A DNA stretch of 64,000 nucleotides from Bacteroidales bacterium (GTDB taxonomy: Bacteria; Bacteroidota; Bacteroidia; Bacteroidales; UBA4417): assembly GCA_030654075.1 (NCBI GenBank), contig JAURYB010000078.1:12918-76917 (forward strand). The letters run 5' to 3'. The notes below the pieces were generated by a model. That model was not told where the DNA came from and ran no database searches. It was given only the letters and a program-made list of their open reading frames with translations. The first letter of the stretch is position 1. Each line of letters opens with the position of its first letter. This document shows, piece after piece, positions 40,104 to 49,454 of this stretch. Made by a program: the position numbers and the translations under genes.

Positions 40104-41357
40104 CTAGAAATACATAGCTGAAATCCAGCAATACAACGTTGAAATAAATGCCAGGGAAAAACCGATAAGCGATTCGAATGGTATAAGTTTTAGCCGCTCC
40201 TTTATCTGAACTGCCGATGCTCCGGCGGTAGCATGAAAAAATGAACCGTGGGGCAAATGATCGAAAACAGTAGCGCCGGCATTTACCATTGCGGCTCCGA
40301 AAATACCGTTGATTCCGGCACTGATAATTATGTTAGCAAACGAAGCTGATGCGATGGTTGCTCCGGCAGTAGTAGATGCAGTGGCGGCTGACATTAGAGC
40401 ACCTGCAACCGGAGCAATTGTGAATTCGCTCATATTTAAGGCTGCAAGTCCGTTTAGAATATAATCCTTCAGATCAGAATTTTTAATTATTCCGGCAATC
40501 GTTCCGGTTCCTATCAACAGAATTGCCACCACCGACATTTTTTCTAATCCGAAACTTACACTTTCCTTCAGCATGTTTGTTTTCCCGATAATTAGTATCC
40601 CGGCAATTCCACCTATTGGCAACGCAAGTAAAGGATCAATAGAAATACCGGCAATTGGTCGTAAACCCAATAGAAGTACTGTTACAACCGGGCCGGAAAT
40701 ACTCTGAAAAAACGAAGGAAGCTGGTGCTGTGAAACCGAAAAATCATTTTTACTGACTAATTCCCCATTTCCAGGAAGCCATTTTATAATAAGAAGAACA
40801 ACAAATATCCCTAGTAAGGCCGGAATTAAATTAACCATCATTACCGAAAATAAGTTAACCTGAAAGTTTTCGGCTGCAATCAAAGTGTTGGGATTGGGCG
40901 AAATTATATTGCCGCATTTGCCGCCTCCGATCATTTCCAGCAAAACAGTCATTTTTGTTAACCGCGATTTTTCAGCTACTGCCAATGCTATCGGTGCAAC
41001 GGTAATTACTGCCACATCAATAAATACACCTATGGCTGTCAGCAGAAATGTTGATAACACTAATGCAAACAACACACGGGTCTTTCCCAGTTTACGTACA
41101 ATAGTTTCGGCAATCGATTCAGCTGCCCCGGTTTTTATCAAAACTCCTGTAAGAACGCCGGCTGTTAGTATCCTGATAATTGCAGGCGTAATATCTTTTA
41201 TACCACCAATCATTAAAGTTACAGTTTCGGTTAATGATATTCCACCAATCAGTCCGCCTGCAATTGCCCCTAAAATCATACTGTATGTCGGGTTTATCTT
41301 TCTTATTATCATCACTATTGATAATATCAACCCAAGTAAAGCTCCTATTGCCGTCAT
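40104..41357 (-). CDS. GntP-family sugar-acid permease (glycerate-associated type)
   Basis: GVFIDVAVITVAP, GGGKCGNIISPNPNT, DHLPHGSFFHAT; adjacent to glycerate kinase. Confidence 0.85.
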   Translation of the reverse strand: MTAIGALLGLILSIVMIIRKINPTYSMILGAIAGGLIGGISLTETVTLMIGGIKDITPAIIRILTAGVLTGVLIKTGAAESIAETIVRKLGKTRVLFALVLSTFLLTAIGVFIDVAVITVAPIALAVAEKSRLTKMTVLLEMIGGGKCGNIISPNPNTLIAAENFQVNLFSVMMVNLIPALLGIFVVLLIIKWLPGNGELVSKNDFSVSQHQLPSFFQSISGPVVTVLLLGLRPIAGISIDPLLALPIGGIAGILIIGKTNMLKESVSFGLEKMSVVAILLIGTGTIAGIIKNSDLKDYILNGLAALNMSEFTIAPVAGALMSAATASTTAGATIASASFANIIISAGINGIFGAAMVNAGATVFDHLPHGSFFHATAGASAVQIKERLKLIPFESLIGFSLAFISTLYCWISAMYF

Positions 41358-41364
41358 TTCAATT

Positions 41365-42516
41365 TTATAGTTTAACCTTATTTTTAATATGGAAAATATT
41401 CATAATCTGAACAGTAGTTTGTTCAATATTACTGGTAGCAAATTCTTTATCCATGGCTTTGTCGAGCGAAACAGGATACGGCGTAATTGAAAAAACAGCA
41501 TCTATTCCTCCGCTATTCAAAGTATAAGCCTGTTCAAATCCTCCTGTAATGGCTATAACCGGGATTTTTTCTTTCTGCGCAGCTTTAAGTATTCCCTGGG
41601 GTGCTTTCCCCATCAGAGTTTGAGCATCCATTTTCCCTTCGCCGGTTATGATTAAATCAGCATTTTTTATCTGGCATTCAAATTCAAATTTATCGAGAAC
41701 TACCTGAATCCCCGATTGTAATGTGGCATTTAAAAACGCAACAAATGCCCCGCCCAGTCCACCTGCAGCTCCTGCACCGGGTATGTTTTGGACGTCGATC
41801 TGATATTTTTCAAAAATCAGGTTTGCAATATTTTTTAATCCCTTGTCGAGCTGCTGCACCATTTCCGGTGTTGCTCCTTTTTGTGGAGCGTAAACGTAGG
41901 CTGCGCCGTTTTCGCCGGCAAACGGATTGTTTACATCGCAGGCTATTATAAACTTTGTTTGGTCCAGTTCCGGAAGCTTGCTGCTATCATCAATAAAAGC
42001 TACCTGCTCCAGTATTTGTCCGCCCGTACCAAGCAAATTATGATCCTTGTCATAAAAACGATAACCAAGTGCCTGAAGCATACCAATACCGGCATCATTT
42101 GTTGCGCTTCCGCCAATGCCTACAAGTATTTCGCGACATCCTTTCATTATGGCGTCTTTTATCAGTTCACCGGTACCATATGTGGTGGTTAATAAGGGAT
42201 TTCGCCTGTGGTTCGGAATAAGTGTCAATCCACTTGCCTTTGCCATTTCAATCACGGCAGAAGTCCTGTTCCCAAGTATTCCGTAACTGGCTGTTATTTT
42301 TTCCATTACCGGATTGTGAACAATTGTTGATACAATAGTTCCTCCTGTGGCACTTATTAATGTTTCGAGCGTGCCTTCGCCACCGTCCGAAATTGGAATT
42401 ATTACCACATTGCAGGTTGGGAAAACTCTTAGTATACCCGATTTGCAGGCTTCTGCAACTTCAAATGAAGTAAGGCATCCTTTGAATGAATCTATGGCCA
42501 GAATAATTTTTTGCAT
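41365..42516 (-). CDS. glxK: Glycerate kinase (GlxK/GarK family)
   Basis: DSFKG, DGGEGT, TTTYGTGEL, GGSATNDAG, PQKGA, GAGAAGG, TGEG. Confidence 0.93.
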   Translation of the reverse strand: MQKIILAIDSFKGCLTSFEVAEACKSGILRVFPTCNVVIIPISDGGEGTLETLISATGGTIVSTIVHNPVMEKITASYGILGNRTSAVIEMAKASGLTLIPNHRRNPLLTTTYGTGELIKDAIMKGCREILVGIGGSATNDAGIGMLQALGYRFYDKDHNLLGTGGQILEQVAFIDDSSKLPELDQTKFIIACDVNNPFAGENGAAYVYAPQKGATPEMVQQLDKGLKNIANLIFEKYQIDVQNIPGAGAAGGLGGAFVAFLNATLQSGIQVVLDKFEFECQIKNADLIITGEGKMDAQTLMGKAPQGILKAAQKEKIPVIAITGGFEQAYTLNSGGIDAVFSITPYPVSLDKAMDKEFATSNIEQTTVQIMNIFHIKNKVKL

Positions 42517-43060
42517 GGAGATTTTGGACTTATTCAGGTGAAATTATAAATATAAATGAATTGAAGTAATATGCGATTTCTATAATTCGCCGTATGATAA
42601 GTAAATGAAAGAGAATTCATCTATTTTTGATACATATGTACACTTTTTATATTTCAAGGTTTTATAATTCAGAATGCTGTTTTTGTGTTTTTAATAGTAA
42701 TAGTTAATTTTATAAGGTTCAACTCTGAACTTGAATTTATTCGGATTTATTTAGAATTGCAGCAGCAAACGCTTGTTTATACCTTTAATAGCTGCACTTT
42801 TGCAATAATTACTTAGTGGATAATCGAATTAAGTTTTTCGAGTTGAATCGTATTCTGGAACAGAATCAATTCAATGCATTTCTGGATCTACTGATATGTT
42901 GGTTTAATGTGTCCAATAACCTAAAAAGCCTCAAATCCACATTTTTGACACATTTTTAGCATGTTTTTATAGAGATTCCCCCTCTTTTCTCCCACGTAAT
43001 TCAATTTAATTTACATTCGAAAAATGCCTCAAAAGCAGCACATCAATCTACTGTTAAAAA

Positions 43061-44953
43061 ATGAAGCCAAAACTATTTATCGTTCTCATTTTTGTTCTCC
43101 CGTTTTCGGTTTTTACATCGAATAGTAAATTATTTGCAGCTAATGACACACTTTCGGTTTATGCGAAAGAAACCCTGTTGAAGTTGAATTCAGCATTACT
43201 AAATTTCCAGAATAAGAATAAAGCAGATAAAGATTTTGGTGCCATTTACTGTACACATTGTAATTTATACCATACCCGGGCTGCCGAAGCGGTTTTTCCT
43301 TTCGCATACGAATACAAGTTAACCGGAAATAAAGAAAAACTGAAATCGGCAATAGATTTGGGCCGTTGGCTGATAAAACAACAGAAACCAACCGGAGAAT
43401 GGGTTGAAACACCCGAAGATTGGACCGGTACTTCTACAGATCAATTATTAATGCTAATATTGGCATATCCTATTATTTCAAAAGAACTTACCAAACATGA
43501 ACAGGCAGAGTGGCTGCAATCATTTGAAACGGCGGGCGATTATCTGTGCCTGGTAATGAATAATGTGTTTGCAAGTATTAATTACTGCGCGACAACAACC
43601 GCAACGCTTTCGGAATTGTACAAAATACTGCCGAAGGAAATGTACAAAACCAAAGCAGCTGATCTTGCTCACACAATTGTTGCAAAAATGAATCCCGAGT
43701 TTTTTATCGAAGGTGAAGGCGCGTTGGTGAACGACGAAATGAAATATGGTGTTGATTTGGGTTATAACATGGAGATGTCGCTGTGGGGATTGACACGATA
43801 TGCATTAAATTTTGAAGACACATTGGTTTTAAATGCAGTTCGTGAATCGCTTAAAAACCATATCTGGTTTATCTATCCCAATGGTGCGCTGGATGGTTCG
43901 TGGGGAATACGCTCAAATAAATGGACGATTTATGGTAGCGGAACTTCCGATGGCTGTCATCCGTTATTGGCTATGTTTTCAAATGAAAACGACCAGTACA
44001 GGACAGCTGCAATAAGAAATATTAAACTACTGAACACTTGTATTACTGAAAATGGATTGGCAGGGTATGGTCCGCATCATGCAAAAGTAATGAAGGATGT
44101 TCCTTGCGTTTATCCCACATTTGCAAAAGCAAAAAGTATGGCTATGACCATGCTTTGGGTAACGGAAGATACAGGTGAGGCTGCTCCAATAGAAACTGAC
44201 AAGCCAGGGTACAAATTTTTCCCTTCGCTGAATGTTGCAGTAATCCGGACAGAGAATATTTGCGCCACAATAACAGCGTATAATTATATTGCTAAAGAAG
44301 GCGCCAAAAGCAAATATATGCATCGTCCTTCCGGAGGTAGTATGAGTGCTTGCTGGATAAATGGAATGGACATGTTCCAGGTTTCGTCGCAAACGGAATA
44401 CCAGCGCTGGGAAGAAATGCATTTCCCCGTTGCGGATGGAATCAAACCGTTGACTCCCAGAATTGAGTTTAATGATGAAAAAGGATATTACACAAACCTG
44501 TATGAGTTTAATGCCACTTTCCAGGTAACTGAGCAAAACAGCTCGGTTATAACAACCGTTTACGGTGAATTAAGGAACCGCGACAGGCAGGAAAGTGGAA
44601 TCGGTTATGTGCTGAGTCACGAATTTACAGATGATCAACTAACAAAAAGATTTAAGATAAGGTACGAAACAAAATTGGACGCTGTAAGAATAATAGAACC
44701 TATCGTATACAACGAAGGAACAAAAATTGAAAAAACAGCGAAGAATAAGCTGACGATTTCGTATCGGAATAAAACTGTGGAATTAACTGTTGAGGGCGAA
44801 AACTGTGATCTGCAAATTGATTCCGGAAGTCTGAAACAGTATTGGAGCCCTTATCCTGCGGTGCAAACAATGCCGGTAGTTGTAACAGTAAATAATAAGG
44901 GTGAAAATTTGAAAGAAGTAACCTTAACATACAAAGTATTAAATCAGAAATAA
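43061..44953 (+). CDS. Secreted hypothetical protein (helical N-domain, beta-rich C-domain)
   Basis: 630-aa ORF with signal peptide; CTHCNLYHTRAAE motif; no family recognised. Confidence 0.7.
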   Translation: MKPKLFIVLIFVLPFSVFTSNSKLFAANDTLSVYAKETLLKLNSALLNFQNKNKADKDFGAIYCTHCNLYHTRAAEAVFPFAYEYKLTGNKEKLKSAIDLGRWLIKQQKPTGEWVETPEDWTGTSTDQLLMLILAYPIISKELTKHEQAEWLQSFETAGDYLCLVMNNVFASINYCATTTATLSELYKILPKEMYKTKAADLAHTIVAKMNPEFFIEGEGALVNDEMKYGVDLGYNMEMSLWGLTRYALNFEDTLVLNAVRESLKNHIWFIYPNGALDGSWGIRSNKWTIYGSGTSDGCHPLLAMFSNENDQYRTAAIRNIKLLNTCITENGLAGYGPHHAKVMKDVPCVYPTFAKAKSMAMTMLWVTEDTGEAAPIETDKPGYKFFPSLNVAVIRTENICATITAYNYIAKEGAKSKYMHRPSGGSMSACWINGMDMFQVSSQTEYQRWEEMHFPVADGIKPLTPRIEFNDEKGYYTNLYEFNATFQVTEQNSSVITTVYGELRNRDRQESGIGYVLSHEFTDDQLTKRFKIRYETKLDAVRIIEPIVYNEGTKIEKTAKNKLTISYRNKTVELTVEGENCDLQIDSGSLKQYWSPYPAVQTMPVVVTVNNKGENLKEVTLTYKVLNQK

Positions 44954-46333
44954 ATGCATACTAAATTTCTTTATACGATTGCGCTTTTGTTGGTTTCGTT
45001 TCAGTTGTTGGTAGCGCAACAATCTGTTTCAACTTATAAGTACCAGTGGTTAAATCTGGGTATGTCCGAAAGTCCGGAAAAAACCCAGGCTTTCCGGTGG
45101 CGCACTGATACCACAAGCGCAAATGCTGTGATACAATTCCGGGAAGATTTACCTTCACCCGATTTAACAATCAATGCAAAAACGATCAATGCCATTTCAG
45201 TAACATACAACGATTACGGAATAGTTAAAACATACCACAAAGCCACACTCGAAAACCTGACTCCTGCAACAAAATATATTTACAGGATTGGAGATGGCAA
45301 CCAAAAATGGAGTGAATGGTTTCAGTTCAAAACAGCCAAAGAACAAAGTAGTCCTTTTACTTTCACCTATATTGCTGATGTTCAATCCGGAATAGTATCC
45401 CATTATCCCAGGGTTTTCCGCAAATCGGTTGAAGTATGTCCGGAGTCCGCTTTCCTCCTGTTTTCGGGCGATATTACCGAAAGAGCCGAAGATGAAGAGC
45501 TTAATAATTTTTTCTATGCCATGAGCTGGCTGCCGGCTATGAAACCTATTGTTGTTGTTCCCGATAATCATGAGTATCATGTCACTCCGGGAATAAGAAG
45601 CCGTACCGAGTTGGCTTCAGTGTGGGGACACTTATTTTCCTATCCTCAAAATGCACCCGATTCACTGAGCCGTTTAGGAAATTACTATTTCGATTACCAG
45701 GGCGTTCGGTTTATAATGATGAATAGCAAAGCGTTTTCGGATTATGAAAAACCGTATAAATACCAGGTGTTGGAATGGCTTGAAGATAAACTGAAGAACA
45801 ATCCAAATAGCTGGACAATAATAGTTCATCATCAACCCATGTATTCGATTGCAGATGGCAGATCGGGTACAACAAATCAGAAATATTTAAAACCGCCGTA
45901 CGATAAATACTCTGTGGATCTGGTGCTTTCGGGACACGATCACGGCTATTCGCGAATCGGTTTGCGGGGAAGCAAATCCAAATCAGGGAAAATAAATTCA
46001 CCGGTGTATGTGGTTTCGGTAGCCGGAGAGCAGATGTATGTATCAGCGTATCCCGATTCCTGCGATCGCCTGGCTTCCAATACTCAACTATTCCAGAATG
46101 TGCGGATTAACGGCAACGTTTTAAATTTTAAAACGTACGACGCTACAGGGAAGCTTTACGATGAATTTGAATTGATAAAGAAAAAATCGGGGAAATACAT
46201 GATTAGTAAAATACCTGATTACGAGGAACGGACTGAACTTCCAATATCGCGGAAGCGAAAATATACGGATGAAGAATGGTTACAACTTGAAAAACACAGG
46301 CAGGAATATCTTGGACGAATTACCACTAAATAA
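44954..46333 (+). CDS. Purple-acid-phosphatase-like metallophosphoesterase with FN3-like N-domain
   Basis: LTPATKYIYRIGD, ADVQ, SGD, DNHE, HHQP, SGHDH. Confidence 0.88.
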   Translation: MHTKFLYTIALLLVSFQLLVAQQSVSTYKYQWLNLGMSESPEKTQAFRWRTDTTSANAVIQFREDLPSPDLTINAKTINAISVTYNDYGIVKTYHKATLENLTPATKYIYRIGDGNQKWSEWFQFKTAKEQSSPFTFTYIADVQSGIVSHYPRVFRKSVEVCPESAFLLFSGDITERAEDEELNNFFYAMSWLPAMKPIVVVPDNHEYHVTPGIRSRTELASVWGHLFSYPQNAPDSLSRLGNYYFDYQGVRFIMMNSKAFSDYEKPYKYQVLEWLEDKLKNNPNSWTIIVHHQPMYSIADGRSGTTNQKYLKPPYDKYSVDLVLSGHDHGYSRIGLRGSKSKSGKINSPVYVVSVAGEQMYVSAYPDSCDRLASNTQLFQNVRINGNVLNFKTYDATGKLYDEFELIKKKSGKYMISKIPDYEERTELPISRKRKYTDEEWLQLEKHRQEYLGRITTK

Positions 46334-46353
46334 AAGTACTAAACCAACTAATA

Positions 46354-47736
46354 ATGAAAAGGATTAAAATTATTACAGTATTGACATTCAGCTTATTATT
46401 CTCTTGTACCAGGGGATTTTCAGCAGAATCGGATGATCAGTTTATCCCTATTAATATGTCGCTCGAAATGAGTGAACATCCATCAACAGAACAGGCCATC
46501 CGTTGGAAAACAAATAGTGACATAAAGGTTGGTGTAGCCCAATTTTTATTGGATACTCCATCGCCTGACTTAAAACAAAACTGCAAAGAAGTTCATGCAA
46601 CGAGTAAAAGTGTAACCATTTACGATACTGCATTTGTATATCACCGGGTAGTTTTTACGGGTTTAATACCGGCAACAGAGTATCTTTACAGAGTTGGCGA
46701 CGGCAATGGAAAGTGGACAGAATGGATACAGTTTAAAACTGCATCAGATATCTCAAATCCATTTTCATTTCTTTTCTTTGGAGATGTTCAAACAGGCATT
46801 CTTACACATTATCCACGGGTAATTCGCCAGGCTGTTCTCACAGCGCCTGATGCCTCATTTTTACTTTTTGCAGGCGACATTGGCAACAGAGCTTACATGA
46901 GTGAGTTTCAGGATTTTTTCAACACAAGTGGCTGGATTCTTAAACAAAAACCGGTGGTAGCAGTTCCCGGAAATCACGAATACAGGCACGTTGGACCAGG
47001 CGAAGATGACCGTGAACTGACGCGTGAATGGAATTACATGTTTGGGATTCCTAACAACGCAGAAGCAAATCTGCGAGACAGGGGTTGCGGTTATTTCGAT
47101 TACCAGGGAGTTAGGTTTGTATTAAACAACAGCAGGGATTTAGACGACGGCGAAGATACATTGGTTGCTGATCAGATGGCCTGGCTCGAAAAAGCATTGA
47201 ATGCACCCGATTCAAAATTCATTGTCGTGCTGCAACACTATCCTATTTTCCCGATGGGCGAAGGACGCGAGAAAAAATCAAAACATAATGTTTTGGAAGA
47301 ATTATACATGAAACATGGTGTTGATTTGGTTTTAACCGGACACGATCATATTTATAGCCGTATAGCTCCCCGGACAAAAGGATTTCAGAAATCAGTACCT
47401 CCCGCATATGTATTATCGATGGCCGGCGAAAAAATGTACGTTCCGAACTTTAATGTAAATGTTGAACGAATGGCATTGAATACACAGATGTTCCAGGAAA
47501 TATCAATTGAAGGAAACAGCCTGAATTTTAAAGCGTACGATGCTACCGGAGAGTATTACGACGGATTTGTAATTGAGAAAAAGAGCGGGAAAAAGCGGAT
47601 TCTGGATACCAAACCGCCAACATCTGAATTCTCCGAACTGCCACTTTCGCGCAAATCGAAATATAAAGATGCTCAATGGCAGCAAATTGTTGAAAAACAC
47701 AAACAATATTTCCTCAACAGAAACAAAAAACCATAA
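46354..47736 (+). CDS. Purple-acid-phosphatase-like metallophosphoesterase (paralog)
   Basis: LIPATEYLYRVGD, GDVQ, AGD, GNHE, QHYP, TGHDH. Confidence 0.88.
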   Translation: MKRIKIITVLTFSLLFSCTRGFSAESDDQFIPINMSLEMSEHPSTEQAIRWKTNSDIKVGVAQFLLDTPSPDLKQNCKEVHATSKSVTIYDTAFVYHRVVFTGLIPATEYLYRVGDGNGKWTEWIQFKTASDISNPFSFLFFGDVQTGILTHYPRVIRQAVLTAPDASFLLFAGDIGNRAYMSEFQDFFNTSGWILKQKPVVAVPGNHEYRHVGPGEDDRELTREWNYMFGIPNNAEANLRDRGCGYFDYQGVRFVLNNSRDLDDGEDTLVADQMAWLEKALNAPDSKFIVVLQHYPIFPMGEGREKKSKHNVLEELYMKHGVDLVLTGHDHIYSRIAPRTKGFQKSVPPAYVLSMAGEKMYVPNFNVNVERMALNTQMFQEISIEGNSLNFKAYDATGEYYDGFVIEKKSGKKRILDTKPPTSEFSELPLSRKSKYKDAQWQQIVEKHKQYFLNRNKKP

Positions 47737-47761
47737 ATAGTCCTTAGGAAGCTTTTTTATC

Positions 47762-47785
47762 TCCCCTGCCTTTTACGGCAGGGGA
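47762..47785 (+). terminator. GC-rich hairpin (terminator or mRNA-stability element)
   Basis: TCCCCTGCC-TTTTAC-GGCAGGGGA; no T-tract on the plus strand. Confidence 0.45.
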
Positions 47786-47892
47786 AGATAGCAAGGCAAA
47801 CCTTTTGGCTCACCCGATAAACAGAATGCAACACTGAGCCTGCCGAAAAGAAAACCTTCAACAATAAACAACGGAATATTAAATAATAACCA

Positions 47893-49431
47893 ATGAAGAT
47901 TATAATTTCTATCACATTCCTGTTTTTCTATTCCTTTATGTTCGGGCAATACAATGTCATGAATTACGGGGCAAAGGGAGATGGCAGTATATTAGATACA
48001 AAGGCCATTCAAGCTGCTGTTGATGAGGCTGCTGTTAATGGTGGAACGGTATTTTTCCCTTCAGGAAATTACCTGACAGGCACCATATACCTGAAAGATA
48101 ATGTATCAGTAGAGATTAGTAGGGGAGCGACAATCTGGGGTTCGCCCAACCTGGCTGATTACCCGATGAATACGCCGGAAATTGTTTTCTGGGGGAAAGA
48201 ATGGGCTCAATTCGCATTGTTTTTTGCCGAAAAGAAATCGAATATAAGTATTTATGGCGGCGGCACTATAAACGGTCAGGGTGAAAAATTCAAGTTATTG
48301 ACTAAAGAAAAAGGAAATCCGGACCGTTACCGCGAGCGGCCTTATGTTTTTTATTTTGTTGAATGTAATAATCTGAAAGTTGACAATTTGCGTTTGCGGA
48401 ATTCAGCCTTCTGGATGCAGCACTACCTGGCCTGCAACAAGGTGCGGATATCAAACCTGGATGTTTATAATCAATGCAACAAAAACAACGATATGATGGA
48501 TATCGATGGTTGCAGCGATGTGGTGATTACAAATTGCATTGGCGATGTGGATGACGATGGAATTACACTGAAAAGCACATCGGGAAGAATAACAAAAGAC
48601 ATTGTGATTTCCGATTGCGTGTTGAGTAGTCATTGCAATGCCATTAAAATGGGGACCGAATCGCACAGTGGATTTAAGAATATCACCATAAACAATTGTG
48701 TTGTAAAACCTTCAGCTTCGCCAACACTTATAGCCGGCAGAAAAGAAGGACTTGGTGGTATAGCGCTCGAAATTGTTGATGGCGGAAGCATGGATGGCAT
48801 TAACGTATCCAATATAGTTGTAAACGGAACTACAACGCCATTATTTATAAAACTAGGAAACAGGGCCCGGAAATATGACCCGGCTAAGGGTACACCCGGA
48901 GTAGGCGAAATTAAGAATATCACTATCAGTAATTTTACAGCAAACGGCGGCAGTGAATTTACCTCGTCAATCACAGGATTACCAAACCATCCGGTAAAAA
49001 ACATTTCGCTGAATAATATCCGGATCAATTCTAACGGCGGGCTTACCGCTCAAAATCCATTGCCAGCTATTGCAGAGGCTGAAACGGCCTATCCCGAGGG
49101 AGATATGTTCGGCGAAATTCCATCATACGGACTGTTTTTACGGCACGTCGAAAACCTGGACATTAACAACGCGCAACTGCTTTTCGGAAAAACTGATACC
49201 CGACCTGCCATTTATGCCGAAGATGTGAATGGTTTTACTCTTGCTGGTTTGTCGGCAATGACAACTGAAAATTCCCCGTCCCTGGTTTATTTAAAAGATA
49301 TAAAGAACACTCTGTTCCAGGCAATACGGATCAGCGGTTTTACAAAGCCGATTGTACAAACCTCATCAAGCAGTTTAAAAGAAATAACTTTTGACAATAA
49401 AAAGAATTACCAGGTTGAAACAATTAAATAG
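47893..49431 (+). CDS. GH28-family glycoside hydrolase (divergent)
   Basis: YGAKGDG, NNDMMDID, DDDGITLKS, SHCNAIKMGTES. Confidence 0.85.
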   Translation: MKIIISITFLFFYSFMFGQYNVMNYGAKGDGSILDTKAIQAAVDEAAVNGGTVFFPSGNYLTGTIYLKDNVSVEISRGATIWGSPNLADYPMNTPEIVFWGKEWAQFALFFAEKKSNISIYGGGTINGQGEKFKLLTKEKGNPDRYRERPYVFYFVECNNLKVDNLRLRNSAFWMQHYLACNKVRISNLDVYNQCNKNNDMMDIDGCSDVVITNCIGDVDDDGITLKSTSGRITKDIVISDCVLSSHCNAIKMGTESHSGFKNITINNCVVKPSASPTLIAGRKEGLGGIALEIVDGGSMDGINVSNIVVNGTTTPLFIKLGNRARKYDPAKGTPGVGEIKNITISNFTANGGSEFTSSITGLPNHPVKNISLNNIRINSNGGLTAQNPLPAIAEAETAYPEGDMFGEIPSYGLFLRHVENLDINNAQLLFGKTDTRPAIYAEDVNGFTLAGLSAMTTENSPSLVYLKDIKNTLFQAIRISGFTKPIVQTSSSSLKEITFDNKKNYQVETIK

Positions 49432-49454
49432 TGTCCATTTTTAAAAAAGCATAC

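Noticed and set aside
42517-43060. Long AT-rich gap as a possible ncRNA or riboswitch
   Set aside because: No convincing stem pattern or known RNA motif. It is adequately explained as a divergent promoter region.
47833-47850. ACTGAGCCTGCCGAA, resembling a half REP-like motif
   Set aside because: Single partial copy with no partner arm in the window.
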